From an uncultured virus (IMG/VR IMGVR_UViG_3300046524_000154) (taxonomy: Duplodnaviria; Heunggongvirae; Uroviricota; Caudoviricetes), in IMG/VR virus record IMGVR_UViG_3300046524_000154: DNA of 64,000 bases; one strand, given 5' to 3'. A program made the position numbers and the translations under genes. How positions within the stretch are numbered: the stretch's first letter is position 1; every line of letters begins with the position of its first letter. The notes beneath the pieces were generated by a model. It worked only from the letters and a program-made list of their open reading frames with translations, ran no database searches and was not told where the DNA came from. This document shows, one piece after another, positions 1-8,729 of this stretch.

Positions 1-119
1 CGCGCGCGTCCCTGGAGTCCCTGACCGCCTAAGCGGCGCACATGTCGCGCCCTGGTAGCAGGGCGCACACGTAAGCGTTTGCCGATAGCGAGCGCTTACG
101 CGTTATGTGCGGGGGGCTT

Positions 120-581
120 ATGGACGATTTAGCGGTTGAGTCGGGCGCGTTATCGCGTATCGGCTCACAGGTAGGCGGAGCATTCCCCAAGGTGTACGGG
201 GCGCGCGCCGCTTGTGACGTGCACAGGGCGCGCTATGCGGCGTACTGGCGTACGGGGAACGGTTCGTGGTCTGCGATTTATCGCGGTCCAGATAGGGCGC
301 GCGCCGTTGCGGCGTTTCGGAAATTTCCGAAAGGTGCGGCATTCGTCGAGATGCGCGACGCGCTAACCGATGAGTTGCTAGGCGAGATGGGCCGCTATGA
401 CTTCAGTTCGGAAATTTCCGAATTGCTCGACCAAGCGGCGCGATGCGATGAGTACGAAACGACATCGCAGCGGGTTACCACGCGTGCCGGAAAGCGCCGA
501 CTCGAAACGAACCGGCGCGAGCTGCTTTTGAAGCGTGCCGCAGCGCTTTACATGTGCTGTCACTTGCCTGGCGGGGACTAA
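120..581 (+). CDS. hypothetical protein
   Basis: ORF with ATG at 120 after a G-rich tract; contains two palindrome copies read in different frames (RKFPK, SEISE). Confidence 0.5.
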   Translation: MDDLAVESGALSRIGSQVGGAFPKVYGARAACDVHRARYAAYWRTGNGSWSAIYRGPDRARAVAAFRKFPKGAAFVEMRDALTDELLGEMGRYDFSSEISELLDQAARCDEYETTSQRVTTRAGKRRLETNRRELLLKRAAALYMCCHLPGGD

Positions 582-635
582 GCGCCGGGTTTCGGTAGGG
601 TAACGTATCGGAAATTTCCGAAGGAGTACTAATCG

Positions 636-782
636 ATGCACACATTCAAACGGGCTGTGTTTCGGAAATTTCCGAATGTCGCAGCGGCGTATGTGCGGGG
701 CGATTTTGTGGTGTTCGCAGCGTGCTCGGTCGGCGCTGTTTTGGGGCTCTCCTTGGGAGTGATCTGGTGTAAGGTTTGCTGA
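636..782 (+). CDS. small putative membrane protein (48 aa)
   Basis: Palindrome+AAGGAG at 608-626, ATG 636; MHTFKRAVFRKFPNVAAAYVRGDFVVFAACSVGAVLGLSLGVIWCKVC has a hydrophobic C-terminus; below the ORF-track cutoff. Confidence 0.5.
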   Translation: MHTFKRAVFRKFPNVAAAYVRGDFVVFAACSVGAVLGLSLGVIWCKVC

Positions 783-808
783 GGGTTTGACGCCACATAT
801 ACATATAC

Positions 809-1257
809 GGTGCGAGTCGATTCTGACTCGCTCCCACTCGCTCCGCCCATGCTGGGCGGGAGATTAGGCGATTTGAAAGGTGCTGTAAGGTTGCGACTCG
901 CTCCCGTTTTTCTCTGACTCGCACCATTTATATATATGTAGCAGTAAGTTGCACTGCCAGATATATGTAAATGGTGCGAGTCGGGAGCGAGTCAAAGTCA
1001 AAAACTAACAATGCTCTCATTTATCGTGCTAAAGAGCTGATTTTGTACCGCATAGTTAATTTTCGATTGTTGCAAAAATTCGAGCTAATGCACCACATCA
1101 CGCGCTAACAATGCATTTACAGCGCGCACTAGGGCATTCGCAGCAACAATTCCGCGACTCGCTCCCGACTCGCTCCCACTCGCTCCGGCCATGCTGGTAT
1201 TGGCTCGCAGCGATCTGAACATTCGGAAATTTCCGAAAAACAGCGCGACTCGCTCCC
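809..1257. repeat. Iteron-like GACTCGC(T/A)CC(C) repeats, about 11 copies in both orientations
   Basis: Forward copies at 825, 836, 895, 916, 1156, 1167, 1178, 1247; reverse copies at 809, 973, 983; a 31-bp near-duplicate at 825-855 vs 1167-1197. Confidence 0.85.
916..982. repeat. Long inverted repeat / cruciform with AT-rich arms
   Basis: GACTCGCACCATTTATATATAT (916-937) pairs with ATATATGTAAATGGTGCGAGTC (961-982), 21/22; inner GCAGT/ACTGC stem. Confidence 0.85.
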
Positions 1258-1382
1258 GGTGAGGTGATTCGCAGCGACCTCACTCACCTTTGCAGCGAAA
1301 AGTGGTCTCATATATATATATTACTTAACATTTATTAAATATATATAATGTGATCAAGCAGGGGGGGGGTTGCGATTTTGGT

Positions 1383-1456
1383 GACCCCCCTCGGAACCGA
1401 CTTCTTATTTTTTCTGATTCCCAAAAATCCCCTGGTACTGTTCTCCGAGGGGGGTC
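1383..1456. repeat. 13-bp perfect inverted repeat next to a G9 run and an AT-rich tract
   Basis: GACCCCCCTCGGA (1383-1395) / TCCGAGGGGGGTC (1444-1456); G9 at 1361-1369; (TA)n tract at about 1310-1349. Confidence 0.8.
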
Positions 1457-1493
1457 TACTTTTTTGGGCGTCGCCACGGCTAGGTAAATATAT

Positions 1494-2420
1494 ATGTTCA
1501 CAGACTTCTTCAGCTACGACGGCGACGCAGCGGGCGCAGTTACCCCTCGCTGCGCGATTGATGACGAACTCGGCTTGATGTGGTCCGCAGCGGACCTCGT
1601 GCGTCTGCTCGGCTTGCAGCCCGCGAACACTAACCAGATGGTCAACTACGCGCCCGGCATGTCTCTCGTGGCGCCTGACTGCGGCCCGCGTCCGTTGCGC
1701 TTCATCGCGCACGAGGTCGCCATGCATTGGCTCCATAACCGTCTGGAGGGGCAGCGCGCATGGGCGCTATTCACGAGCTGGGCGCTGCTTCGGAAATTTC
1801 CGAAAGTGGCCGCGCCTGATGGGCTGCCGCGTCTGCGTGATTTCAGCGTGGACGATCCTGTGCTGAGTGGCCGCGCTGAGGACGTTGAGGCCGCGTTCCA
1901 GCGAATGCAGACCGCGCGCTATCACCTGACCGATCTCGTGTGCGGGAAGCCCCTGCGTGTACTGTATTTGCGCGGCAAGCCGTACGTTTCGTGGCCCGAC
2001 GTGTGTGACCTGTTGCCGGCCACCATGACGCATCTGGCGCGCAAGACGCAGGTCGGCACGCTGAAGTCCTATTTCCCGGACCATGCCGCGCATATCGAGC
2101 GTGTGCGTGGGCGCAACGGTGACCATGTCATCGTGATGACGCCTGAGCTGGTGTTGCTGATCGTGAGCCTCTACGCGGTCCCCGTCTATAACGAGCTGGT
2201 GACCCCGTCGAGCAGGGGGCGCACCAAGCCTGAAGTGTGGGCGCAGCACGCCGTCGAGCAGCCTGAGCACACGTTCGTTGCGACGCCGAAGTCTGTGCGC
2301 GATCGCCTGTTTGCACCGGGCACGCTCAGGGCAGAGCAGACGCCAGCAGCTGCGACTGAATTTGCAGCCGCGCAGTTCACCCCGCTCGATGTGATGCGCG
2401 CCAGTATCAAACCCGAATAA
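1494..2420 (+). CDS. putative DNA-binding protein with two degenerate BRO-N-like domains
   Basis: FSYDG..PRCAIDDELGLMWSAADLVRLLG and GKPLRVLYLRGKPYVSWPDVCDLL both resemble the BRO-N pattern (R-hydrophobic...P-W/Y-F...D-V-C..L). Confidence 0.55.
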   Translation: MFTDFFSYDGDAAGAVTPRCAIDDELGLMWSAADLVRLLGLQPANTNQMVNYAPGMSLVAPDCGPRPLRFIAHEVAMHWLHNRLEGQRAWALFTSWALLRKFPKVAAPDGLPRLRDFSVDDPVLSGRAEDVEAAFQRMQTARYHLTDLVCGKPLRVLYLRGKPYVSWPDVCDLLPATMTHLARKTQVGTLKSYFPDHAAHIERVRGRNGDHVIVMTPELVLLIVSLYAVPVYNELVTPSSRGRTKPEVWAQHAVEQPEHTFVATPKSVRDRLFAPGTLRAEQTPAAATEFAAAQFTPLDVMRASIKPE

Positions 2421-2508
2421 CCGGCCGACTCAAACCCGCGAATTGCGGCCAGTTATGCCCTTTGAATCCGCTTTACTCTGGCGTGTGAACCTGCCAGACT
2501 TGTATCTG

Positions 2509-2536
2509 CGCACCGACGACCAACCGGTGCGTTTTT
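2509..2536 (+). terminator. Rho-independent terminator
   Basis: CGCACCG-N9-CGGTGCG followed by TTTTT. Confidence 0.65.
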
Positions 2537-2594
2537 CATGTGCAGTCCCACACTCGCACTCAACCTTTTCGGAAATTTCCGAATGGAGTCCCAC

Positions 2595-3524
2595 ATGTCA
2601 ACAGTAGAAAAGAAACCGGCCGCGCCGGAAGGCTATACCGTGTGCCGCACGTCGACCCGATTCGAGGTCATCAACGACGGCGACACCTGCGTCTGGAACG
2701 ATATGCACCTGCGCAAGGTGAGCGCTGCTCACGCGGTCGAGGTAGGTGCGCCGGCCGATCGTCAGGGCCAGTACTTCGTCGGCCACCGCACCGAGGTCTG
2801 GCAGACGTTCGAGCACGCGAACGTAGCAATCGAGCGCCTCGAAAGCGCTGCGAACACGGTCGCGTCGAGTACGCTGAGTAAGCCGGCCACGCCGGAAGGC
2901 TATAACGTCGGTGGCTCGCCGATCGAGTTCAGCTGCCTGAACGTAGGCGACACGTTCATTAACGGCGTGCAGCACATGACCAAGCGCGACGATCACCACG
3001 CCGGGATAATCGGCTACGAGAACAGCGGAACCTACACTGTCTCCTTAGGGCGCAGGGTCTGGCAAACGTTCAAGCACGCTGATCTGTCGTGGGCCACCCC
3101 GGTCTCAGTTTCGGAAATTTCCGAACCCACGCCGCAGTTCGAACCGGGCGACTCGATCCGGCTCGCGATCCTGCCGCGCATTGATCATGAGGCTGAGATT
3201 ATTAGCCACGACGGTGAAAATCGCTGGCACGTTGCGGCCAAAGTCAACGGACAGCGTTTCGACTTCATCGTGTTCGAGCATCAGATCGTGAAGATGCAGC
3301 GCTACCTCGTGACGGGATTGTCCCGTCTCGGTGTAGCCGACGGCGGTGAATTCGCGTTCACGCCGCAATCGGCGATCGTCGAGGCTCACACAGCCGTCGA
3401 AGCGCGCAAGCTGGCGAAGGCGCTGCACAACGATTACTACCAGATCGTGACGTGCATGCTGATGCCTGCGACGCACTTCGAGCCTGAGTACTACGACGAT
3501 GAAGGCGTCGTGGCGTTCTACTGA
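2595..3524 (+). CDS. hypothetical protein with a tandem ~89-aa repeat and a C-terminal SH3-like module
   Basis: Palindrome+GGAG before ATG 2595; repeat units KPAxPEGY...VWQTFxHA; TPQFEPGD module shared with 7544..8077. Confidence 0.8.
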   Translation: MSTVEKKPAAPEGYTVCRTSTRFEVINDGDTCVWNDMHLRKVSAAHAVEVGAPADRQGQYFVGHRTEVWQTFEHANVAIERLESAANTVASSTLSKPATPEGYNVGGSPIEFSCLNVGDTFINGVQHMTKRDDHHAGIIGYENSGTYTVSLGRRVWQTFKHADLSWATPVSVSEISEPTPQFEPGDSIRLAILPRIDHEAEIISHDGENRWHVAAKVNGQRFDFIVFEHQIVKMQRYLVTGLSRLGVADGGEFAFTPQSAIVEAHTAVEARKLAKALHNDYYQIVTCMLMPATHFEPEYYDDEGVVAFY

Positions 3525-3525
3525 C

Positions 3526-3615
3526 ATGCTCACCGCGCTCATTTTCACTGGCCTGTGCACAGCCGCAGCACTCGCCAGCTACCTGATCTCCATCGCGCGA
3601 CTGGTGAGCGAATGA
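3526..3615 (+). CDS. small membrane protein (29 aa)
   Basis: MLTALIFTGLCTAAALASYLISIARLVSE; its stop overlaps the next start (ATGA). Confidence 0.5.
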   Translation: MLTALIFTGLCTAAALASYLISIARLVSE

Positions 3616-3767
3616 TCCATACTCTCACCCAGCCGCTCGTGCTCGCGGCGATACTGGCTTCACTTTTCCGTTGGCCCTCATTGACCATGTGGGCCATTTT
3701 TATCATCGCGTTGGCTGTCGCTGCGGCGGCCTGCACGGTGCAACTCTATCCGCAGCTGATTGTTTAA
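3612..3767 (+). CDS. small membrane protein
   Basis: MIHTLTQPLVLAAILASLFRWPSLTMWAIFIIALAVAAAAC..., two hydrophobic stretches. Confidence 0.6.
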   Translation: MIHTLTQPLVLAAILASLFRWPSLTMWAIFIIALAVAAAACTVQLYPQLIV

Positions 3768-3798
3768 CCAAAATCCACTTTCAATTCAGGGGTTCAAA

Positions 3799-4101
3799 AT
3801 GAAAAAGAATCTGATTGCATCAGCAGCTCTGTACCTGGCTTGCGGCATGGCAGTGGCCGGTACTGGCGGGGCGGGTAACGGCACGGCGGCGGGCGCGACT
3901 GGCGCGAGCTACGGCGGCTCGAACGGTTTCGGCAAGGCCGAGCTGGGCTATATGGACAACTGGCAGACGATGAACCCGGTTCAGCGCGAGAAGATTCAGG
4001 ACTCGCAGCCGAAACTGGCCTCGAAGCCGAGCGCGAAACCGGAATGGCCGGCGTGGGTGAAGGTAGCAGCACCGGCAGTCGTGCAGACCGCTGCGGAGTG
4101 A
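3799..4101 (+). CDS. putative exported Gly-rich protein
   Basis: MKKNLIASAALYLACGMAVA looks like a Sec signal peptide, followed by a Gly/Ala/Thr-rich stretch; AGGGG RBS. Confidence 0.7.
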   Translation: MKKNLIASAALYLACGMAVAGTGGAGNGTAAGATGASYGGSNGFGKAELGYMDNWQTMNPVQREKIQDSQPKLASKPSAKPEWPAWVKVAAPAVVQTAAE

Positions 4102-4111
4102 AGTAACGGGA

Positions 4112-4145
4112 CGGTGTGCATCGGGTGATGCACACCGCACATTTT
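4112..4145 (+). terminator. hairpin / probable terminator directly upstream of a palindrome
   Basis: CGGTGTGCATC-GGGT-GATGCACACCG, an 11-bp perfect stem followed by CACATTTT. Confidence 0.5.
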
Positions 4146-4168
4146 CGGAAATTTCCGAAGGAGAACAC

Positions 4169-4471
4169 GTGAAGCGCAACACCCTAAGGTGCCCGGCAGA
4201 ACTATCTGTGCTGCTGCATTACCACTACGGCGTCGGCCTTTATGAGCCGCGCTCGGCTGTGGCCAACGAGTCAGAGGACCATCTGATCGAGCATGGTCTG
4301 CTGGAGATGATTCCCAACACGATGCAACCCTGCAACGTTCGCATTACTGACATGGGGGAGTTCTTTGTCCATCACCTGATGACGGTGCCGTTTCCTGTGG
4401 CGACGGTGCAGTTCAGCATCCCTGAGGAACACTCGGAAATTTCAGAAGGAGATCAGGATGTCAGAGGTTGA
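4169..4471 (+). CDS. hypothetical protein
   Basis: Palindrome-AGGAG-GTG start. Confidence 0.8.
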   Translation: MKRNTLRCPAELSVLLHYHYGVGLYEPRSAVANESEDHLIEHGLLEMIPNTMQPCNVRITDMGEFFVHHLMTVPFPVATVQFSIPEEHSEISEGDQDVRG

Positions 4472-4637
4472 GTTGCAGGTTGCGCGCCTCACCGCAGCCC
4501 TCGTTCGCATGGTCGCGATGTACGAGAAGATGCTCGAAAAGACGAACGTCGGCGCGTCGTTCTACGATGCCGACACGATCCGCGAGATGAACGAGGCGCC
4601 GATTCAGGCTGCGCGTGCGCTCGCTGGCAGGGATTAA
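4458..4637 (+). CDS. hypothetical protein (59 aa)
   Basis: Variant palindrome at 4433 + AGGAG, ATG 4458; MSEVELQVARLTAALVRM...ALAGRD; not in the ORF track. Confidence 0.75.
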   Translation: MSEVELQVARLTAALVRMVAMYEKMLEKTNVGASFYDADTIREMNEAPIQAARALAGRD

Positions 4638-4676
4638 CCGCAGCACATTTCGGAAATTTCCGAAGGAGAGCATGAC

Positions 4677-4967
4677 ATGAAAGTAAAGATCATCGCGACG
4701 ATCGAGATGGAAGTCGCAAGCGAGAGCGAGGCGTTTGACACAGCCAACGAGATCCTGCGCCCAGTTATGTTCGATGAAGGCAGCGCGGTTATCGACTACA
4801 GCGTGCACGCTGCCGGTGAGCAGTTCACCATCGTGACCGGCGACCCGATCGACGGCATCAACCTGATCGGCGTATTCGACTGCTTCAGCGATGCGCAGGG
4901 GTATGTCGACACGCACCGTTTCGAGAGCAACTGGTGGATCACCAGCATCGATTCCGCCGTTGAATAA
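4677..4967 (+). CDS. hypothetical acidic protein
   Basis: Palindrome-AGGAG-ATG. Confidence 0.8.
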   Translation: MKVKIIATIEMEVASESEAFDTANEILRPVMFDEGSAVIDYSVHAAGEQFTIVTGDPIDGINLIGVFDCFSDAQGYVDTHRFESNWWITSIDSAVE

Positions 4968-5004
4968 CCGCAGCACATATCGGAAATTTCCGAAGGAGAA
5001 CACC

Positions 5005-5469
5005 ATGGAAGCGATTCACATCCACAGCTGGTCCGACATGCAGCAGCTCGGGCTCAACGTCCTCACCGGCGAGGCATGCAAATTCGCACAGCGGCTGCTG
5101 TGCGACGTGAACGAGGACGGCGCAGCGCTCATGCTGGACTACCTCGGCGTGGCGATGCTGGGCAAGAACTGGAACAGCACGGTGAACGGCAAGCCGGCCG
5201 TCGGCAGTGTGATGCTGCACCGTGAGTCACTGCTGCAGGTGGCTGAGTTCGCGATCCTGCGCATGCCCGATCTGAAGGCCATCATGTACAAGGGTGGCGA
5301 GGGTGTGTCGGGACTGTTCTCGAATCACGTCACGGGGCAGTACCTCGACCTGCTCAAGGACTGGCCGAACACGACGAACAAGTGGACCATGCGTCGTGTC
5401 GGCAAGAGCGATCCGAACGTGAGCGAAGGCTCGCGCAACATCCACCAGGCTTCGGGCCGGGTGGTCTGA
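5005..5469 (+). CDS. hypothetical phage protein
   Basis: Palindrome-AGGAG-ATG (MEAIHIH...); LTGEAC..RLLCD motif. Confidence 0.8.
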   Translation: MEAIHIHSWSDMQQLGLNVLTGEACKFAQRLLCDVNEDGAALMLDYLGVAMLGKNWNSTVNGKPAVGSVMLHRESLLQVAEFAILRMPDLKAIMYKGGEGVSGLFSNHVTGQYLDLLKDWPNTTNKWTMRRVGKSDPNVSEGSRNIHQASGRVV

Positions 5470-5478
5470 GGTAACGTG

Positions 5479-5556
5479 ATGAAGAGAACGCTTGGCGATG
5501 CGGCGTGGACAGTGCTCTGCGTAGTGGTGGGCTTTGTGCTCGGCCGCATCCTTTGA
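5479..5556 (+). CDS. small membrane peptide (25 aa)
   Basis: GAGG RBS; MKRTLGDAAWTVLCVVVGFVLGRIL exactly fills the gap before the next palindrome. Confidence 0.5.
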   Translation: MKRTLGDAAWTVLCVVVGFVLGRIL

Positions 5557-5594
5557 ACAGTAGTGCGTTTCGGAAATTTCCGAAGGGGAGCAAC

Positions 5595-5831
5595 ATGATA
5601 CTCAAACCTGAACAGGCCGCAGCGGTGTATGCCGCGATGGTGGCACTGAATAACGTGTGGGGCACTATCAGCTGCAAGATTCCTGCAGGCGTCACGCCCG
5701 GCGACACACGCAGGATTTTCGTGGAAGAACTGGAATCGAACGGACGTATCCGCGTGTCGTTCGATGCCAGTTCGCGAGGCGAACTCCACGACAATCAGAA
5801 CTCGTTCGCGAAAGCGTACGGTCTGGAATAA
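5595..5831 (+). CDS. hypothetical protein
   Basis: Palindrome-GGGGAG-ATG (MILKPEQ...). Confidence 0.75.
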   Translation: MILKPEQAAAVYAAMVALNNVWGTISCKIPAGVTPGDTRRIFVEELESNGRIRVSFDASSRGELHDNQNSFAKAYGLE

Positions 5832-5857
5832 CAACCGCAGCACAACAGGAGAGCGCC

Positions 5858-6106
5858 ATGCCGCCCAAAGTCGAACGCATCGAGTCCGCGCGAATGGACC
5901 GTCTTGAGCGCGTGGCGTTCGAGCGTCACAACAAACTGCTCGACCACCTTTCGGAAATTTCCGAAAGGATCGGCAAGCTGGAGTCAGTCACCGCGCTCGT
6001 GCTGGCGCATGTCAGCACGGACAATCAGACGTACGTGCGCATGCAAAAGACGATCGACGAGCTGCGCTCGCGCGTGGAAGAACTGGAGCGGGGCACCCCG
6101 CATTAA
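5858..6106 (+). CDS. hypothetical coiled-coil protein
   Basis: AGGAG RBS, MPPKVERIES...; contains an extended 22-bp palindrome at 5947-5968. Confidence 0.7.
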   Translation: MPPKVERIESARMDRLERVAFERHNKLLDHLSEISERIGKLESVTALVLAHVSTDNQTYVRMQKTIDELRSRVEELERGTPH

Positions 6107-6143
6107 TCGCAGCACACATCGGAAATTTCCGAAGGAGATTCAA

Positions 6144-6449
6144 ATGAAGCGAATGATGTTCATCGAGATGGACTTCCCCGATGGGTTACCTGACGGTGTC
6201 GTCGACTCCAACATCGAGCGACTGCAGGAGACGTTTGAGTCGATCATCGACCTGACGGGCTTTAGCAATAACACGATCCTGTACACAGCAGACGAGGACG
6301 CCGGTGCCGGCATGCGCGACGTGTTCGACATCGCTGCGCAGCAGGTCAACGAAACGAAAGTGCTCGGCGACAAGCACGCTCGGGCCATGCTGTTCATCGA
6401 CGACATGTGCACGGTGTTTGAGTGGCCGAAGGACGACACAGGTAGTTAA
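6144..6449 (+). CDS. hypothetical acidic protein
   Basis: Palindrome-AGGAG-ATG (MKRMMFIE...). Confidence 0.8.
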   Translation: MKRMMFIEMDFPDGLPDGVVDSNIERLQETFESIIDLTGFSNNTILYTADEDAGAGMRDVFDIAAQQVNETKVLGDKHARAMLFIDDMCTVFEWPKDDTGS

Positions 6450-6477
6450 TTTTCGGAAATTTCCGAAGGAGAATGTG

Positions 6478-7101
6478 ATGGACAAGTACATCGACCCGCG
6501 TCAGCAACTCATCGCAGCCGCTCAGGCTGCGCTCGACGACATCGAAGGCAACCTCGGCGAGACTGAGCGCAAGAACCTGTGCGCAGCGCTCAAGCGTAAT
6601 CGCTGGACCAACACGGACGAGAAGCTGCAGGAGCTGGCCGATCGTTACGCGCAGGCGAAGACCGCGCAGATGCAGCAGTTCTACGAGAAGATCGCGCAGC
6701 GCCACGGCGCCGAACGCGTGCGCAGCTTCAAGCCTGATGTGCGCACGTCCGTGCTCGATGATGGTCGCATCGAGATGTTCGGCAACAGTTTGCCGCCTAA
6801 TCCCGACCTGCTCGCGACGTACCCGAATGGGTGGGGATTGCATGATTACATCGAGCCGCGCGACGCTATGCACTTCTGCGACGTGCTGGAGAACAACATC
6901 GTTCGTGACTACGATGAAAATCGGCTGACCGATCCGAACTATCCGCACGCGTCGTGGCAGATCATCTTCAAGACGAAGGACGGTCTGGACTACTGCCGGG
7001 AAACGAAGTGGCGCGATGACACAATCACAGAGGTCGAGCAGTTCGCGCTGCAGACCATTCGCAATAACGACCTGGGTGGCGCAGTCATCCAGTTCTGGTG
7101 A
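6478..7101 (+). CDS. hypothetical protein
   Basis: Palindrome-AGGAG-ATG (MDKYIDPR...). Confidence 0.8.
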   Translation: MDKYIDPRQQLIAAAQAALDDIEGNLGETERKNLCAALKRNRWTNTDEKLQELADRYAQAKTAQMQQFYEKIAQRHGAERVRSFKPDVRTSVLDDGRIEMFGNSLPPNPDLLATYPNGWGLHDYIEPRDAMHFCDVLENNIVRDYDENRLTDPNYPHASWQIIFKTKDGLDYCRETKWRDDTITEVEQFALQTIRNNDLGGAVIQFW

Positions 7102-7109
7102 GGTGTGGC

Positions 7110-7505
7110 ATGGCAAAGACAACTACGCGCAACCTGCTTTCGCCGTGCTGTCCAGGCGCACGCCTCACGCAGGTGAGCATGACAAAACACAGCGGCAATG
7201 TGCGCATCACAGGTCATTACAAAGGCACGTGCGAGTTCTGTCTGAAGGTGCGTGAGGTGACTCGAAAGACGAATGCGAGCGTTGCGTTAGGCCCGCTTAG
7301 TGATGGAGTAATTCCGGTTTTCAACTACTGGCCGTACAAGCTGTTCGTGCGTGGCGGCCTCGGTGAGTTTGACATCGGCAGCGTGCACTTCGAGTGCTAC
7401 GAAGTGGATGGAATGGTCTACGCAAAGCCAGACCGGCCGCTGCCTGCGTCTTGGTTGGTGGATCTGTCTGCCGATGTTGAGGTAGGCCAGCTCGAACTTG
7501 TTTAA
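7110..7505 (+). CDS. hypothetical Cys-containing protein
   Basis: GAGGTG RBS, MAKTTTRN...; PCC and CxxC motifs. Confidence 0.7.
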   Translation: MAKTTTRNLLSPCCPGARLTQVSMTKHSGNVRITGHYKGTCEFCLKVREVTRKTNASVALGPLSDGVIPVFNYWPYKLFVRGGLGEFDIGSVHFECYEVDGMVYAKPDRPLPASWLVDLSADVEVGQLELV

Positions 7506-7543
7506 CCGCAACACACATTCGGAAATTTCCGAAGGAGAACAAC

Positions 7544-8077
7544 ATGGAACTTAAAGTAGGTCGCCTCTATGAGTGGACGGTGCCGTTTCGCCCTGAGTCG
7601 AGCGGCGCCGTAACCGTGCGTCTGCAGAAGGATCTCGGCAACACTGTATTCGTTGAGTACAACGGCGAGGTCTATCCGGCGCGCACTCAGGATCTCACCG
7701 ACACGCCGCAGTTCGAGCCCGGCGACACCGTGCGCTACGGTCAAGGGTGGTCGCACAGCCTGTACGAGGTTCAGAAAATAACGCACACCAGCAGCAGCGA
7801 CGAGACGCTGTATTACGTGTGCCCACTCGACGTCGACGAGAACGGCGATATCGGCAGCATGAACGCCGCGCAGGAGCTGCGCAGCGAGAGCGACCTCGTG
7901 GCCGTGAAGCACTATCACGTGTTCGGGCTGTACGGCGACGATATGGCGCGCTGGCATCGCTCGCTGTGGGCGAAGGACGCGCAAGAGGCTGGTGTCGAGT
8001 GCCAGAACGGCACCAACGGCGAGCTGGAAGTTGCTGTCGTTCTGCTCGTGAACGGCTCGATCGAAGTGCAGGAATAA
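7544..8077 (+). CDS. hypothetical protein with SH3-like TPQFEPGD module
   Basis: Palindrome-AGGAG-ATG; its stop abuts the next palindrome. Confidence 0.8.
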   Translation: MELKVGRLYEWTVPFRPESSGAVTVRLQKDLGNTVFVEYNGEVYPARTQDLTDTPQFEPGDTVRYGQGWSHSLYEVQKITHTSSSDETLYYVCPLDVDENGDIGSMNAAQELRSESDLVAVKHYHVFGLYGDDMARWHRSLWAKDAQEAGVECQNGTNGELEVAVVLLVNGSIEVQE

Positions 8078-8102
8078 TCGGAAATTTCCGAAGGAGGATG
8101 AA

Positions 8103-8417
8103 ATGCCACGTCGAGCAGCGAGTGTAGCAATGCTCTGCACACTGAAAGATGTCACGCCCGAGATCGCGCGAAAGATCCGGCACGTGTGGAAGGAGTACAA
8201 GCTGAAAGAGGCGCGCGAGACGGTCGATAAACTGTTCGAGACGCACGGCGTCGAGTTCCTTGGTATCGATCGGCGCAGCGGTGTCGATGTCTATTACTGC
8301 AACGCGGGCGATACGTACGCGCCCACGATCCTGTTCAAGGGCACGACGCTGTTCGTGTCAACCTGGGGTGACCTGGTGGAGCGCAACAGCGTGCGCGATC
8401 CGCAATCGCAGTACTGA
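8103..8417 (+). CDS. conserved phage hypothetical protein
   Basis: HGVE...YCNAGDTYAPTI motif, typical of a widespread phage early-protein family. Confidence 0.8.
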   Translation: MPRRAASVAMLCTLKDVTPEIARKIRHVWKEYKLKEARETVDKLFETHGVEFLGIDRRSGVDVYYCNAGDTYAPTILFKGTTLFVSTWGDLVERNSVRDPQSQY

Positions 8418-8443
8418 ATCGGAAATTTCCGAAGGAGATCGAG

Positions 8444-8698
8444 GTGAAAAGCAAAGTCAAGTATCCGCATGTGAATCTTGAGTGCGTCATTAACCACGAC
8501 GGTCACGAGTACCTGTACTTCACGACCGCGCGCGAGCAGTACTTCGAGTGGCAGCGCGGCTCACAGACCATCAGTATCAAACCACGGACGGAGTGCCAGG
8601 CGCAGGGTCGGGCCTGCTTCCGTGTGGACTACCGCAACAACCGGCCTGATGCGCGCGATGTGAAGCGCTGCATCGTGGATTATCTGAACAACAGGTAG
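8444..8698 (+). CDS. hypothetical protein, paralog of 11449..11703
   Basis: KxKVKY...HxGHEYLYFT...EWQRGSQTI...CIxDY shared with the paralog. Confidence 0.8.
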   Translation: MKSKVKYPHVNLECVINHDGHEYLYFTTAREQYFEWQRGSQTISIKPRTECQAQGRACFRVDYRNNRPDARDVKRCIVDYLNNR

Positions 8699-8729
8699 CA
8701 CAATCGGAAGTTTCCGAAGGAGATTCAAA

